The translations under genes and the position numbers were made by a program. A stretch of DNA of 49,522 bases, counting the filler, from Sphacelaria rigidula (taxonomy: Eukaryota): assembly GCA_964200075.2 (NCBI GenBank). It is 3 parts of 3 records of this genome, joined end to end, with 100 filler letters (N's around TTAATTAATTAA, not from the genome) between each part and the next. Parts side by side here need not be neighbours in the genome. Positions count along the whole stretch, not along the records: positions 1 to 16,443 come from CAXNAA020001357.1; positions 16,544 to 32,983 come from CAXNAA020001358.1; 1 more part is not named here. The stretch is one strand, 5' to 3'. Within the stretch, counting starts at the first letter, position 1, and each line of letters begins with the position of its first letter. Positions 13,449 through 25,550 of the stretch are shown piece after piece. Under the pieces are notes generated by a model. The model did no database searches. It worked only from the letters and a program-made list of their open reading frames with translations, and had not been told where the DNA came from.

Positions 13449-13803
13449 TATTGTTGGGCATTCAGATTCCCGACATAGCGACGTCCTGAATAGCGGAATG
13501 CCCTGAATAGCGGCATCATTTTCTCTTGTCACCACTGCACCCCGATGGAGCGGCATATTGCTGCTATACCGAAATCGGTGTACTTGCGAAACCCCCTCCA
13601 GCTACGGACGCGCGCAAATCAAACACACTGTACACACACGTAGTTGCCGCCAACTACCACTTGCTCATTACACAGAGCAGTAATGCATCTGTACACGAAG
13701 CTTATGAGTAATGCTGTAGGATTTTGTCATTGAATCCCGGCCGTGCGTCCCGGCGGGGCCAATTCACAGGTATGGTACACACTATACTACATCAGTACTG
13801 TAC

Positions 13804-14159
13804 AGCCGGTCGCCGCGTTGGCTCAGTCATAAACCTCGAACCCCTCTGACGATTCGGTCGTCAGTTCGACTCGCGGTGTAATCACACGATCTCTGTTTTT
13901 TTCTCACACCATGCCCAGCGTGGAGAGCGACTACCCGTATGTTGTGGGTACACAAAATTCTACTTTTATTGTGGACGAGGGAAAGGGACCGCTGAATAAA
14001 AAAAACAAGGCAAGTACCGCAAAAGGGAGGTGGGGTACTGAAACAAAACAACAACCTTCTGTGTTGGTCTTCCTCCTGTGTGACCCCGGTTGATGTGCCC
14101 ACATATACCGGAAGGTGTAGACTAGCGTCCGGAATAGATGGGACGACATCACAACACAC
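13804..14159 (+). mobile_element. tRNA-derived SINE, full length
   Basis: A-box-like TGGCTCAGT, B-box-like GTTCGACTC and a (CA)n tail. Apparent TSD ACTGTAC (13797-13803 / 14160-14166). The body is homologous to 15375-15687. Confidence 0.75.
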
Positions 14160-14386
14160 ACTGTACCAAACAGTACCCCGTACCACACTTCTTGTACTAA
14201 ATAATCACTACACTACTGTATTACACGCTCCAAAAGTAGTGTTGTAATGTACAGCGGAGAAGGGCTTGACGACACGGCAGACTTAGAGATAGGAGGCGTT
14301 GGGAGGTTGACAGCGCCGCCGCCATACTCGGAGCTGTCGCCTCATGTTGATCGACTGTAACAGTTGCCTTGCTGGACATATTATAA

Positions 14387-14459
14387 GTCGGTCGCCCCGG
14401 TGGCTCAGATCATAGTCTCGAACATTTGTGACGGTTGGAACGTGGCTTCGAATCTCGGC
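14387..14459 (+). mobile_element. SINE head fragment (same family)
   Basis: GTCGGTCGCCCCGGTGGCTCAG...CTTCGAATCTCGG matches the tRNA-like head at 13805. Confidence 0.6.
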
Positions 14460-14560
14460 AGGCTTTAGCTCCGTATCTGATCAAAATGTTTAGCCTAATT
14501 TCGGGGGGTTTGAGCTTAAATAGACCCTTTGATCGCAAAGCTTATACTTAGCTTCATATG

Positions 14561-14610
14561 CTTGAAACGAGCTTAACATGCTTGAAACGAGCTTAACATG
14601 CTTAAAACGA
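14561..14610. repeat. 20-bp minisatellite CTTGAAACGAGCTTAACATG x2.5
   Basis: Direct reading of tandem units. Confidence 0.85.
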
Positions 14611-15374
14611 GGATATAATGTGCATAAAACGTGCATAAAGTTGCGATAGATTTTCATGTGCCTCCTGAAGCCAGCTGCCCGCAAGTGCTCCATGTGGCGT
14701 GACTCGTCACCAGACAGACCGACAGGCTTCAGGCTTGAATACTCCAAACTTCCATGGTCGTGTTTCGTGTTCCTTTTTTGTTGGGAGTCTGATCAGCAAA
14801 ATGTTCCAATTAATGTTCTTCATACATGGTACCATGTTGTTCAAAAAAATGTGACTGAGACTAGTACACTTGTACAGCGTACAAGCGGTACCGGTAGTTC
14901 GACAAGATTTTCAATGTCGACTGACGGTAGATGATGGGGGGGGGAGGAGGATGGTAGCTTGTAGCTTGTAGCTTGTAGCTTGCCGGGCAAGAGGCCAAAG
15001 GCTGCAATGTCCTACTGCTGTATCATGTATCATGAGTGTAGGGCATTCATTTGTTGTTTTCGCACGCGGGTTAGAGTGTAGGTGTGTAGGTGTGTAGGTT
15101 GTGGCCTTCAAACTCAATGACTGAAGAAAGGTTTCATTTTTGAAGTAAAAATGAGCTTCAAAATTTCAAATTTCGAATGCCCGACTGGTCGTTTTGTCCT
15201 CATGCTACAAGGCGCGCCTCGTGAGGGGATACTGCCACAACGCCACAACAAGGACGGGATAAAGGCGCAAAAGGTGCACCTAATATGCGCCAAGAAAGCT
15301 TAAAGTGGGGCTTAGTAATAGATATAGAGCTTATAAAAAATGTGAGAAGCTTAATTTCAAGAAAAAAACGCGCA

Positions 15375-15687
15375 TACGGAACTAAGTCTAAATCTCGGTG
15401 TATTCACACGATCTGGGATTTTTTCCCACATCATGCTCAACATTGGAGAGTGACCATGCCGTGGGCATACAAAGTTCGACTTCACAGTTCGAGGAAAATG
15501 GACCCCTGAACCTTTCTCGCGATAAAGAGAAACCCAAGCACCGCACAAGGGAAGTGGGTACTAAAAAAATGAACTCACACCTGTGTTGATCTCCCTCCTG
15601 TGTGATCCCGCCTGATGCGCCCAAATATACCAAAATGTGTAGTTTGGCGTGCATAATAGATGGGATGACGACACACAAGACACACAC
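15375..15687 (+). mobile_element. SINE, diverged and 5'-degenerate copy
   Basis: Collinear with 13860-14160 (CACACGATCT, CTCCTGTGTGA, AATAGATGGGA, CA tail). Confidence 0.7.
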
Positions 15688-16899
15688 GGTCGGCCTTTAC
15701 TGTACTTGACTTGATTTGATGCTTGCTTAGTTGTCGCACTTTAACTCACCCCCCCAGGGATCCGGCCGTGGCCACATGATAAAAGACTGTGCCGTACCTA
15801 CTGTGCTATACTGTACTACACAGTAGAAGCAGTGTAGGTCGAGTCGCACGGGTTCCGCTTACAGCAGCAAGTATTTCCCTTGTCAGGCACACGCAACGAG
15901 CACCCAGGGTGTTTTCTCCGTCACTCCGCTGTATCAGATACATCATACCGTACGTGGTAATGAGTGGTGATACGTACATACTCTAGCCGAGCTACCGCAG
16001 CCACGGGAGCTGGGCCCACAGCGGCGCTGGTTGTGTGCCTCAGCATAGTCGTCGCCCGCGCCGTCGCAAGCGTCCTTGTGTTGAGGCGTCGAAGATCATA
16101 CCGAATGCGCCCGTATCGCTTTGGTGTTGAAAAACAAACGGTGTGTACAACCGACAAGCACCTCTCGGGGCTGACCCCGGCGTATCACTAGTGGTTGTCT
16201 GCTTGTTTTCGCTGTCGTCACATCTGTACTTGCGTCTTGTTATCGTTATCTTTGATAAATTCGATATTAAAGGGCTAGCCGCCGCTTCTTTGCTCTCCTA
16301 TTTCCCAAATTTTTATTTCTCCGTGGTAGATTTTTGCAGGTGTATCATCACGACGTGCCCCTGTGCCCCTTCCACCGCCCGCCCCCCCCCCCCCCGCCCC
16401 GACTCACGTCTCGCGCCACGCCGCCCTCCCCACCCCGCACACCNNNNNNNNNNNNNNNNNNNNNNNNNNNNNNNNNNNNNNNNNNNNTTAATTAATTAAN
16501 NNNNNNNNNNNNNNNNNNNNNNNNNNNNNNNNNNNNNNNNNNNGTAGAACTTGGGTGCTCTTCAATAATATATCTCAAACCATTATCCTGTGCCTGAGCC
16601 AAGGAATAGAGGGTGCCCCGGCGATCGATTGGGTGGACAATTGGCATATAAACGTGTTCCTCCGGAATCAAGAGGAGACTCTGTAAAAACCTCGACTGCA
16701 AGGCCGAGGGATGGCAGCCCAGGAAGGCGACAGGGGCTTGCAGGTGCAAGAAATGTTGCGGATCGGGAGAGGTAGCGCTGTGTCGAACGTCTAGGACGAG
16801 GACAAGCTCCGCAAGGCAACCGACGCTTCCGCAGCCTGTATGAGCATGTGGTATGTGAACGGAAAGGTAAGCATCAGCAAGAAGAGAACGTAGGTAAGA

Positions 16900-18620
16900 G
16901 CCAGTTGGAACGTTCTGAGGTGATGAAGATGACATGGCACGGCTATTTGGCAGGTTGTTTCGGGCTTAACAACCGGGAGAAGTCAGAATCTTTGTCAGGG
17001 ATGGGCATAAACAAATGTGTCTTCGAGGTCTTCCACTCGCGCGGCGGTAAGGACAATACTTCATGCCCCACCCCCCCCATGGTATTCAATCGATATTCAA
17101 GTTTTTCACACGTCTGAAATGCAGCAGGAGTCGAGGTATTGTTCGAGCGGAAACAGGTGTGAGCAAGGCCACGGTAGGGGTGCACCGTCTTTTTCTGAGG
17201 GTCTATGTTGTGGGACCTCTCTATGCGGCAAATATCTGGGTGCAGTGTGCCTCCTCAGAAAGCTTTTGAACTGAAAAGTGCACCCCAATCGTGACATCAC
17301 TCGTGTGTCCAATATTTTGTTGCCGCACGCTCGGAAATCTATCGAATGGTATCCCAGACCGTGGTATTTCGGTGATGTGTTTTGGCGTCGTCGGATCTCC
17401 ACTGATGACATATGCAACGAAGACCCAGCACGCCTCCCGATGGTCTCCCTTGTATCTGTCGTAAGAAAGCCCCAACCGCCCTAATACTTGGAAATTCGGA
17501 AGGTATTGGTGCTTCAAATGAAAAACATGTGTTGTTGTTGAAAAATGTTTCAACTTTTCTCCCCTCTTCATCGGCTTCCGACGGTTTTTACGCTGGGACT
17601 CCCGAAAGCCGATAAAGAGCGCTCCTGAAGAGCAAGAAAATATATTCGCGTTCTGGAGCAATCCAAGACATTTTTGTATGAAGTATCGTTGCGTGGTACG
17701 AGAAACTGATGCAATGGAGTAGTTTGAAGGCTAAACGTATCCGAAATATCGTTCCGACACTAACATCAAGTAATGATGAATTTATACCTTTCAAGGTCAC
17801 CCCATCGCACAATGGTGCAAGAGTGATCCTACGATAGGGAGGGGAGTATTTTGGGCCACTTGTTGCACGATATTCCAAGTCAAATCGTCGTTGAAAGCAG
17901 CACCGGTTGCTCCAACGAGCTTGTTATAGATGAGGAACGCCCATCCATACCCATCGACAACATTTTGAACCAAATACAAGAGCACCCCGAGTGTGGCAGG
18001 TCGTCTGACAAAGTTATGAGTATCTTTCTTCGTGCAATCAAATTCCCCCTCCCCCCCCCCCCCTCCCTATCGTAGGATGACTCGCGAATGCTCACGTCGA
18101 TTCTTGGAGTTAGACGCTGATCATTTGCACCAATACACCATGAGGCATTCCCAAACTTTCGAAGAACAGCGTCTATATTTCGCCGGTTATCGGGGACCCA
18201 AGGCGGGCAGGTGATTGGCGTATGACCCCCCAGGACACCGGAACCCCCGATAACCGGCGAAACAAATATTGAAATACATTTCACTTCGAAAGTTTCGTAA
18301 TGCCCCGTACGCGATGTGCATCCCTCTGGGGATGGAAAAACGTTTGATCAGGGCAAGCTTGTTGTCACCTGCAACGTGTCACCTAGAGGTGCCGTTACTT
18401 TCGTTAGTTCGGAAATCCCGGTTATATGCCCCCAACGTGGTTTCCGTGACCGTGCTCCCAACTTCTGGGAAATATCTACATCTGTGGAGTTGCGTTTGGA
18501 ACCCAGTACTGGGAAAACCGTAGTAGATACAGGGCGGAGTTTGCAGTGCAACACTGTCGGCACGGCTAAGTGGCTGGTCTGTCTGTTGTATCACTACCGA
18601 CACAAAACACAGACTTGTCT
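16900..18620 (+). pseudogene. Highly decayed ORF, possibly a CxC/KDZ-type transposase relic
   Basis: Frameshifted fragments (CICRKKAPTALILG; QTFEEQRLYFAGYR; HLEVPLLSL..YAPNVV; RLEP..TVVD) loosely follow the motif order I recall for KDZ transposases. Many stops. Confidence 0.3.
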
Positions 18621-19972
18621 GTAGGCCATATTACTCTCTTTCACGCGTCGTTGTGTCGTTTCGTTGGTGGTTGGGGTTAGCTAATCCCGACACTGCCACC
18701 CACGGTGGGGTGGTGGTAAGGGACAGAGGAAAGTTACTGGTAATATTTGCCCGGAGGTGGTTCCTGGTCAGGGATTGTCTTCGGGTATTCAGAGACAAAA
18801 CATACGAAGCACATCTACACCAACAGCACTACGTCGTCCGGGATCCATTGCAGTCTTACGAGCTCAAATGCAACACAACAAGCCGACAACGCCAGGATAC
18901 GGAGCAGTTCGGTGGTATATAACGCTCCACATGAGTGATATACGCTGGCCGACACGACGGAGGCCGCCAAACATCGACAGCGGGAAACGATCGTCTGAAC
19001 GTATTATGCTAAAGGCAATGTGCATCAGAATTGACGCCCAACGCCCGGTCACCATCCTTGTGAACATAGACAGTACCCCCCCATTCACTACTAAGTCGAC
19101 TCGCCAAGCGATGTAAACACACATGCATGCTGCGGCACCCTCCCTCTCCCCGGCACTAACCCTTCGCCCAAGCCAAGCCACTGTTCCCCGAGCCCTCCCC
19201 ACCACTGCTCCCCCCCACCCACTTCGGCGCAAGGCCCACCCCATCAAGAGCACATGCCGCAAACTGGGGCTACAGACGATCTTATGGCAAGTTCGCCGTG
19301 GGCCACCTGATGCGGCGGCTCTCACCACACCGCAGACACTCCGTGCTTCGAGAAATATTTCGTCAAACATACCACCTGCGATGGCGGTCCCGCTTCTTTG
19401 ATTGGTAACGGGAAGCGGCACGCAGTAGATAATACCCCGTGGACCCAAGCGCGGTATTGCCTACGTGAATCACTTGTCGCATCGGAGTTGCATATCGGCT
19501 CCGTGAGCTCCGAGCGCGATTGTTACGCCGGAATAACACTGCGGTAGCAACAGAACAGTAGAGTAAACGACGGCGGCCACGCGTCCCGATGACGTGATGG
19601 TACTGTTGAAGACCTCTCTTAGTCTAAAGTACAACATACGCATAGAACGTGAGCTTCGGCTGCAGCGCAGTTACGACCCGACCGGCGAAAACTCTAAACG
19701 CTCAGATGTATGGTCTATCTCACTCCCCACCCGCACAAAGAGTGGGAACAATGGACACTTTGGGCTCCCCCTGGTCCTCCGTTGCACAAACGACAACATC
19801 TGGAAAACATGCTAAGATTTGCACTCTAGATCACCAAGCTACAGTGCATGCACTGTTTTCAACCGCAATGAATTCGCCGCCACCTTCCTTTCAGCAGGCC
19901 ATACGACATCCATCTCGACAACTGGCTTGGCAAAAACTGCTGGGGTGCACAAATGCGACTAGCGCACTGCTA

Positions 19973-20048
19973 TTCAGGAAGCGAATAGTTTACTCATTGA
20001 ACCAGTGAGCGCTCACTGGTTCAACGCACAAACTGTTCGCTTCCTGAA
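19973..20048. repeat. Palindromic unit 1 (perfect 28-bp core TTGAACCAGTGAGCGCTCACTGGTTCAA, 19997-20024)
   Basis: Self-complementary core with imperfect arms TTCAGGAAGCGAATAGTTT / AAACTGTTCGCTTCCTGAA. Confidence 0.9.
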
Positions 20049-20192
20049 CAAAAGATAGGCAGTACGGACCGTCCCGGCACGATGCATCGGTGATCTCAAG
20101 GGCTCCTCACACACCACAGACCTCCCTGTCGACATGTCAAACTCGTTCTCACTCAAAACGGTCATGCCGAGACTCGGACTCCCAATCTCTTC

Positions 20193-20268
20193 TTCAAGAA
20201 GTGGACAGGTTACCCATTGAACCAGTGAGCGCTCACTGGTTCAATTGATGTACGATGCGCTTGCTGAA
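20193..20268. repeat. Palindromic unit 2 (identical core, 20217-20244)
   Basis: Same 28-bp core exactly 220 bp downstream, with more diverged arms. Confidence 0.9.
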
Positions 20269-21655
20269 CACAACTAATGTAGTTAACATGCTACACGGAC
20301 TGACGATGTCGGACGTGTGGGCTTTTTGTCGAGGCATGCACGTGACGCCCGTTCTTCCTGTACGTTGGTAGAAAGCTGCACTTTGCACGGTGTTCGAGAT
20401 AATATATACATTACTCTGTGTAGACGCGATCCCCTACAGTCACACCACGCAGTATGTAGTCCAGCACCTGGCTTCGGAATCTGATACCATTGAGTACTGC
20501 CTCTCCCAATCTGGCCAATACACAACACGTCTTTACACCAGGAGTATGCTCTGCCTGGTGTTTACCACAGAGCCTCTGATGGGCAGCCACTGCTTGCTTG
20601 AGATTGAGGGCAGCACACGGGATTAGGCCCGCTGAGCGGGCAATAGGTCTTCCCGACGGCTGCCGCGGCGATCTCGGCGAACTCCATTTTCCGTCGTGGA
20701 TAGTGCCGGTGCACCTCCAGCAGCTGGTCGCTGATGGCATGTTACCCACGTTGAACTCTTTGACTGCTACTTCGGTGGGGTACGGGGGCGTGATGTTATC
20801 CGCCATCGCTTGAAGCCTCGATGTTGCACCCGGGATTGCCATGAAGCACTCGCAAACAAGACCGCTGCATTGCCATTTGAAAGCGGGCCCCGTGTGATGC
20901 TGGACGTACGTTACCATTCAATAATATTCGATTCGTGTTCTATCGCCGGAGTTGTCAGATCGCCCCATAACAAGTAAAGGGCGATCTGAGTCTGTTTCGT
21001 TTTCAGTGAATTCCTATATCATCCACTTACCCCGATATAACATCTCACAGAGCTTCTGGGTTCCTTTTTCCCTCACCGGCGTAATATGACCTCCTTAATA
21101 TAGCAGAAGCGACTCTTTTGCGGATGTTTTGGGGGACGATCTAGGAGCGATCTAAGGCGCCCGGGGGCCAAAGGGTTCACCTTTTACCATAACCGGCCCC
21201 AACGTCTATCGGCCAGAACACCGGGGGTGCCGGGGAAAAGCGGGAAAGCTGACACCACCCAGCAGCCGATTAGAAATGTGCTGACACACACACCCATCAC
21301 CAGAATTGATCGTCAGCTGATGCCCAGTCTGAAAAAGTGCAATTCTATAGCATGTTTCCCATTTTCTATTTGGCCTTCAAACTGAGAATATCTCCTCTTC
21401 TGCGGGACCAATCCTTAGCCTCAAGCGATCGGCCGCTCTCTCCGCCGGCATCAAGTGATCAACCCTAGTACTTCACCAATTGAACATTAAATCAGCACCA
21501 CTGTTTGGCCCATCATAGCGAAAGTTGTCCTCTAACTATTTTACCCGCTCTCGTTCCTACATTTCGGGCGACGGACACAAGAGGAGTGGGTGCTTACAGA
21601 CGTAGGCCCCCCCGTGCCCCTCACCACAAGGCTGTATTTTATCATCGTAACCCAC

Positions 21656-21751
21656 CAGATCTCAAAACGATGCATTTATCGCAATCTTGGAGGTTTTCCG
21701 AAAGGTATTCATCGGTCCACAGCTTTGAAGCCGCATCCGCTTCGGGTACAT
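21656..21751 (-). CDS. Exon of probable JmjC/cupin-like protein (DVPEADAASKLWTDEYLSENLQDCDKCIVLRS)
   Basis: Acceptor cctcgcAG and donor TCTG|GTGGGT. 96 nt, phase 1-1. Splices in frame to exon 29888-29966, giving ELPFKIYDVPE...WTDEYL, which I recognise from the N-terminal part of JmjC/Cupin_8 domains. Confidence 0.6.
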
Positions 21752-22615
21752 CTGCGAGGCATGGATGGCAAAAACATAACACGTTATGGGAACACTTGAC
21801 ACGATTGCAGTTGGGTTGCACCGGATAAAAACCAGAACGCGAGCTGCAGCGGGTATTATACAAAACAGCAAAAACAAGGGAGCAGTAGTGAGTCAAGCGA
21901 CACACTTAGGATAATAATCTTCTCCTTGTGCTCATTTACGAAAAGTACAATACGGATATTCATATAATTATATATATATGCGTGTGTGCATGCAGTAGGT
22001 GAGCGTCTAGCACGTGTGGCAATGCTCAGCCTCATGAGCATACTCTCCGTAGATCACCGCTACATTCACAGCACGTTCTTGATGCACCTGATGTTTCGCA
22101 TTTCTGGCCCCCTACAGCACATCCACGAAAAAGCTCATTTCCCACGATCAAGCTCACTAGCTGTTTAGTACGCAACAGGGTACAGTCTCTGGGACCATCA
22201 AACTCTGTGTATTTCGCGCATAACCCAACAAACACTCCATAACTGTAAGTAAGCACAGGTAAACCAAGCAGATAACACCTATACCTTCATATTCCACAAC
22301 TACAGGAGAATTTATCTTTCTTCTCTACATGTTTAATCTGTTCTCACCGTTGTAGAGCACCAACGCAGCGTCGCCACTGACTGCACGCAGTAGCCAATCT
22401 TCCGTGGGAGGATAATGTTCTCAACCACACTGTTTTCAGATAACACCCCTACACCGAAGCCAGAAGGTTAAAAAACCAGTGCACGCGCAAGAAACATACT
22501 TGCTATATACAGGTCCACTCAATGTACATATTTACACGCACATGTACATGTGTATTGCTTTTCGTTCAACTCACGGTTACCCTCGTTTAATCACAAGTAG
22601 GCCTTTTGGATTGAA

Positions 22616-22872
22616 GAGCAATGCTACGGTAGGGGTGCACTTTTTGCTCGAAATATTGTCCAGTTCAGGGGCTCCGAACGGTTCTAGATTGCACGAAAAT
22701 GTGGGTCAGGGCATCCCCGTTTGCAAATTTATTCGGAAAATCTCTAGCAAATTAAAATGGTAATCCTGGCGTACCCTCACATACTTCGCAAGTGGTGTTT
22801 GGATGAGATACATTGCTTCTAACAAGTCTAACCTCGGAAAAATGATTGTGCACCCCTACCGTAGCATCACTC
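22616..22872. mobile_element. Sola-like MITE (GAG..CTC, 4-bp TSD)
   Basis: TIR with a perfect 20-bp core ATGCTACGGTAGGGGTGCAC / GTGCACCCCTACCGTAGCAT. TSD TGAA at 22612-22615 and 22873-22876. Confidence 0.85.
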
Positions 22873-23393
22873 TGAAACGCCAACCAACTCGCGGTTCTTG
22901 CAAATGCGGTTACCCGAGCAGCATCCAGAGATCCGAGGGGAGCAAGGCGGAAAATACGGCAAAGAATATAGTAAACGAAACATAATGTCACCGATCATTG
23001 GCGGTATATTACCCTCAAGTGTTGAAGGATGACTCATCACCAAGTCAGACTCCGGTCAAAACAAGAGTGCTACGACCAATTAACCAGCCAGTTCACACAG
23101 CAATCTTGAACCACGAGGGGAAAATGGGTGTATTCTGCAAAAGAAAGATGTTTGTGTTGGCGGATGACGAATTATGAGGGATGTACTCTGGCGTATGCCG
23201 AACTTGAAATACAGTATAAGGGTTTGTGTAGCCGAGGCGCCACCGTCGCAGAGTGCTGTTCAAGCGAGCGAGACTGGTCTGGTGCAAGAGCACCAAAGAA
23301 GCAGACAGTAACACTCGGGACCAGTTGACCAGACAGCGACACTCCAGCAGTCTCAGTAGCACAGTAGTCGCTGGCACTTGATCGATTTTTACA

Positions 23394-25550
23394 ATGGGCG
23401 ACACACCAGCATCGGGAAGAGCAACAGCAGCAGCAGCAGGAGCAGCTCCTCAGGGCCAAGGCCACCACCAGCAGAGAGGCACACCAGGAGCTCGAGCAAC
23501 GGCAGGAGCAAAAGGGGGGAGGGTGGCAGGAGGGGAGCCAGGTCGAGTTGCGTCACTACAAGGCAGAGGCACGCACAACAACTCGATCCCCGCCAACCAA
23601 CACGTTGGCCTGCGGGATAGCGCAGGGCAGCCAAACACTGAGGCACCAGCGCCCCCACTATCCCCGCCCGGACCCCCACCTGGCCCAAGCCAGCCGTCAG
23701 ACATCCTGACTCAAATTCTGCAGGCACAGGTACAAACAAGTACCAATATGAAACAGCAACACCAGCAAAACGATCACAAACAGCAGCAGCAGAGCCAAGC
23801 GATATAGACCCTTCAACAGCAGGTACATCTTCTCCAGTATGGGCGACCACAACCGCAAGGCGGGGCCGACCGTCAGCCGGCGAGAACCGCACAGCAACAG
23901 CAGATGGCGGGAGCAAGAGCACACGGGCTCCCCCTGCTCGCACCAAACGGCCCACTTCCGCCACCCATCGGAGGGCCGCTACCGGATCACCAACACCAAC
24001 AGCCACAGCCACATCAGCATCATTAACAACCGCAACAGCAGCAACAACCTCAACAGCATCAGCAATACCAACAGCCGCAGCAGCAGCACCAACAACCGCA
24101 GCCGGACCAGCACAACGTACAACAACACCAACACCCCCACCAGCATCAACCACAGCATTACTACCAAGCACAGTCGCAGTTGCAGGTCCATCAACTCCTC
24201 CAGCTTCTCAATGGTGAGGGAGGGGAACAGATCCAACAACTCATTCAAGCAATGGGAGCGGCCAACACCGCCCCCGCCAGTAGAAAGGAGGAAGACGAAA
24301 TGCAGGAGAAGCGGGAAATCAAGAGCTGGCTGTTGGACGAAAACAAAACACTTTTCCACATTCTCAGGGGTGGAGTCTCCATTTCCACTCCCATGTGGGA
24401 TGCAAACCTAAAGATTAAACTCCGCGATGTGGCAGACGCCAACCGCGACATGCTCATCAACCTTCAGACGTTAACCGATGTAAGCGTCGCCAACTTTCAC
24501 TCCCCGGTGCCCCCTGGCATGAAAAGCCATACTTCTGCGCCGAGGTTCACGTCACCACTTTCACCAAGGCGCTGGCCATCATCATCAACTTCGGGCCCAA
24601 CGACAACGACGGCGGGCGGGATAGGAGAGCTTTCATCACGGGGGAGCTGACGAGGATGGCGTCGACGCTCGACGCGTACACCGGGAAAAACTACGCTGCT
24701 CTACACAGAGACGAGGCGGCCGTAAGAAACCGCATAATTACCGACTTCAATCACGACGTCAGCGGGTGGCTGACAGACTGCGGGGACGCCGGGCTGAACC
24801 TGCGCATGAGTCACCCGCCGCCCCACCCACCAACGGGCAGGGACCCGCATCGCCGGTACCAGCGTTCGCCCGCGTCAAGACGCTCACCGCTGACGGCCAC
24901 CCCAGCAGCCTCATTGGACGCCAGAACCCCGGCCTCACCGTAGCAGGCTCACCCGCTTAGCCCGCCCCCAAGACAGCCGCCAAGCGGAAGGCGCTCCCCG
25001 ACGAAGGCACGAGCAACGCCGAGGAACGCGTCGCCCCTCACCCTCCGTCGTACTCGCCCCAGTAGCTTTACCTCACCCCACCAGACACGGACTTCAACAC
25101 GGAACAGGCGTCATGGGCCCCGCCGGCGGGTGTCTTCTTGCGAGCATGGCAGGGTCTCACATGCCTACGGGGGTGCGGCTGCCGCCTCCTGGATCACACC
25201 AGCAAGCACGAAGCTGTCGGAGACCCGCCCCTCCAGCCGCCAGCGGCGGTCAAGATAACACCACCAGCCCCGGCGGCGGCGACTGCAAAACCACCAGCAC
25301 CAGCGGCACCGGCGGCCGCAGCGAGTACAATGGCGCGGGTTTCCCACAACTTCGGCGGAAATGGTGCCTGAGGGTGCGGGCTCCGCCAGTCGGCGGGGCC
25401 TACCCGTCTGGGGGCAGGAGGAGCACCGGTCACGGGCTCAGCGAGGTCGGTGGGTATCGCCCAGGCCCCCCAACCGGGGTCGGTGGCGACAAGCTTCTTC
25501 GACGGTGAGAGCAGAAGTTCCGACGCATGTAGTAACCCTAAAAGTACGTC
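23394..25550 (+). pseudogene. gag-like ORF1 of the YR retrotransposon (Q/T/P/A-rich N-terminus), frameshifted
   Basis: ATG at 23394. A chain of broken ORFs (23394, 24180, 24656, 25113) sits in the gag position upstream of RT. Confidence 0.55.

Noticed and set aside
12792-13531. Outer GGACA..TGTCC element enclosing the hAT MITE
   Set aside because: Only a 5-bp terminal match and no TSD.
13805-13880. tRNA gene
   Set aside because: No complete cloverleaf; it continues into a repeated body and CA tail, so it is a SINE head.
16444-16543. TTAATTAATTAA palindrome flanked by N runs (again at 32984-33083)
   Set aside because: Identical 12-mer centred in both 100-nt gaps: a scaffolding linker, not biology.
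23389-24411. Hydrophobic antisense ORFs (23389..24171, 23979..24359) resembling membrane proteins
   Set aside because: Shadows of the CAG/CAA/ACA-rich gag-like ORF on the + strand.
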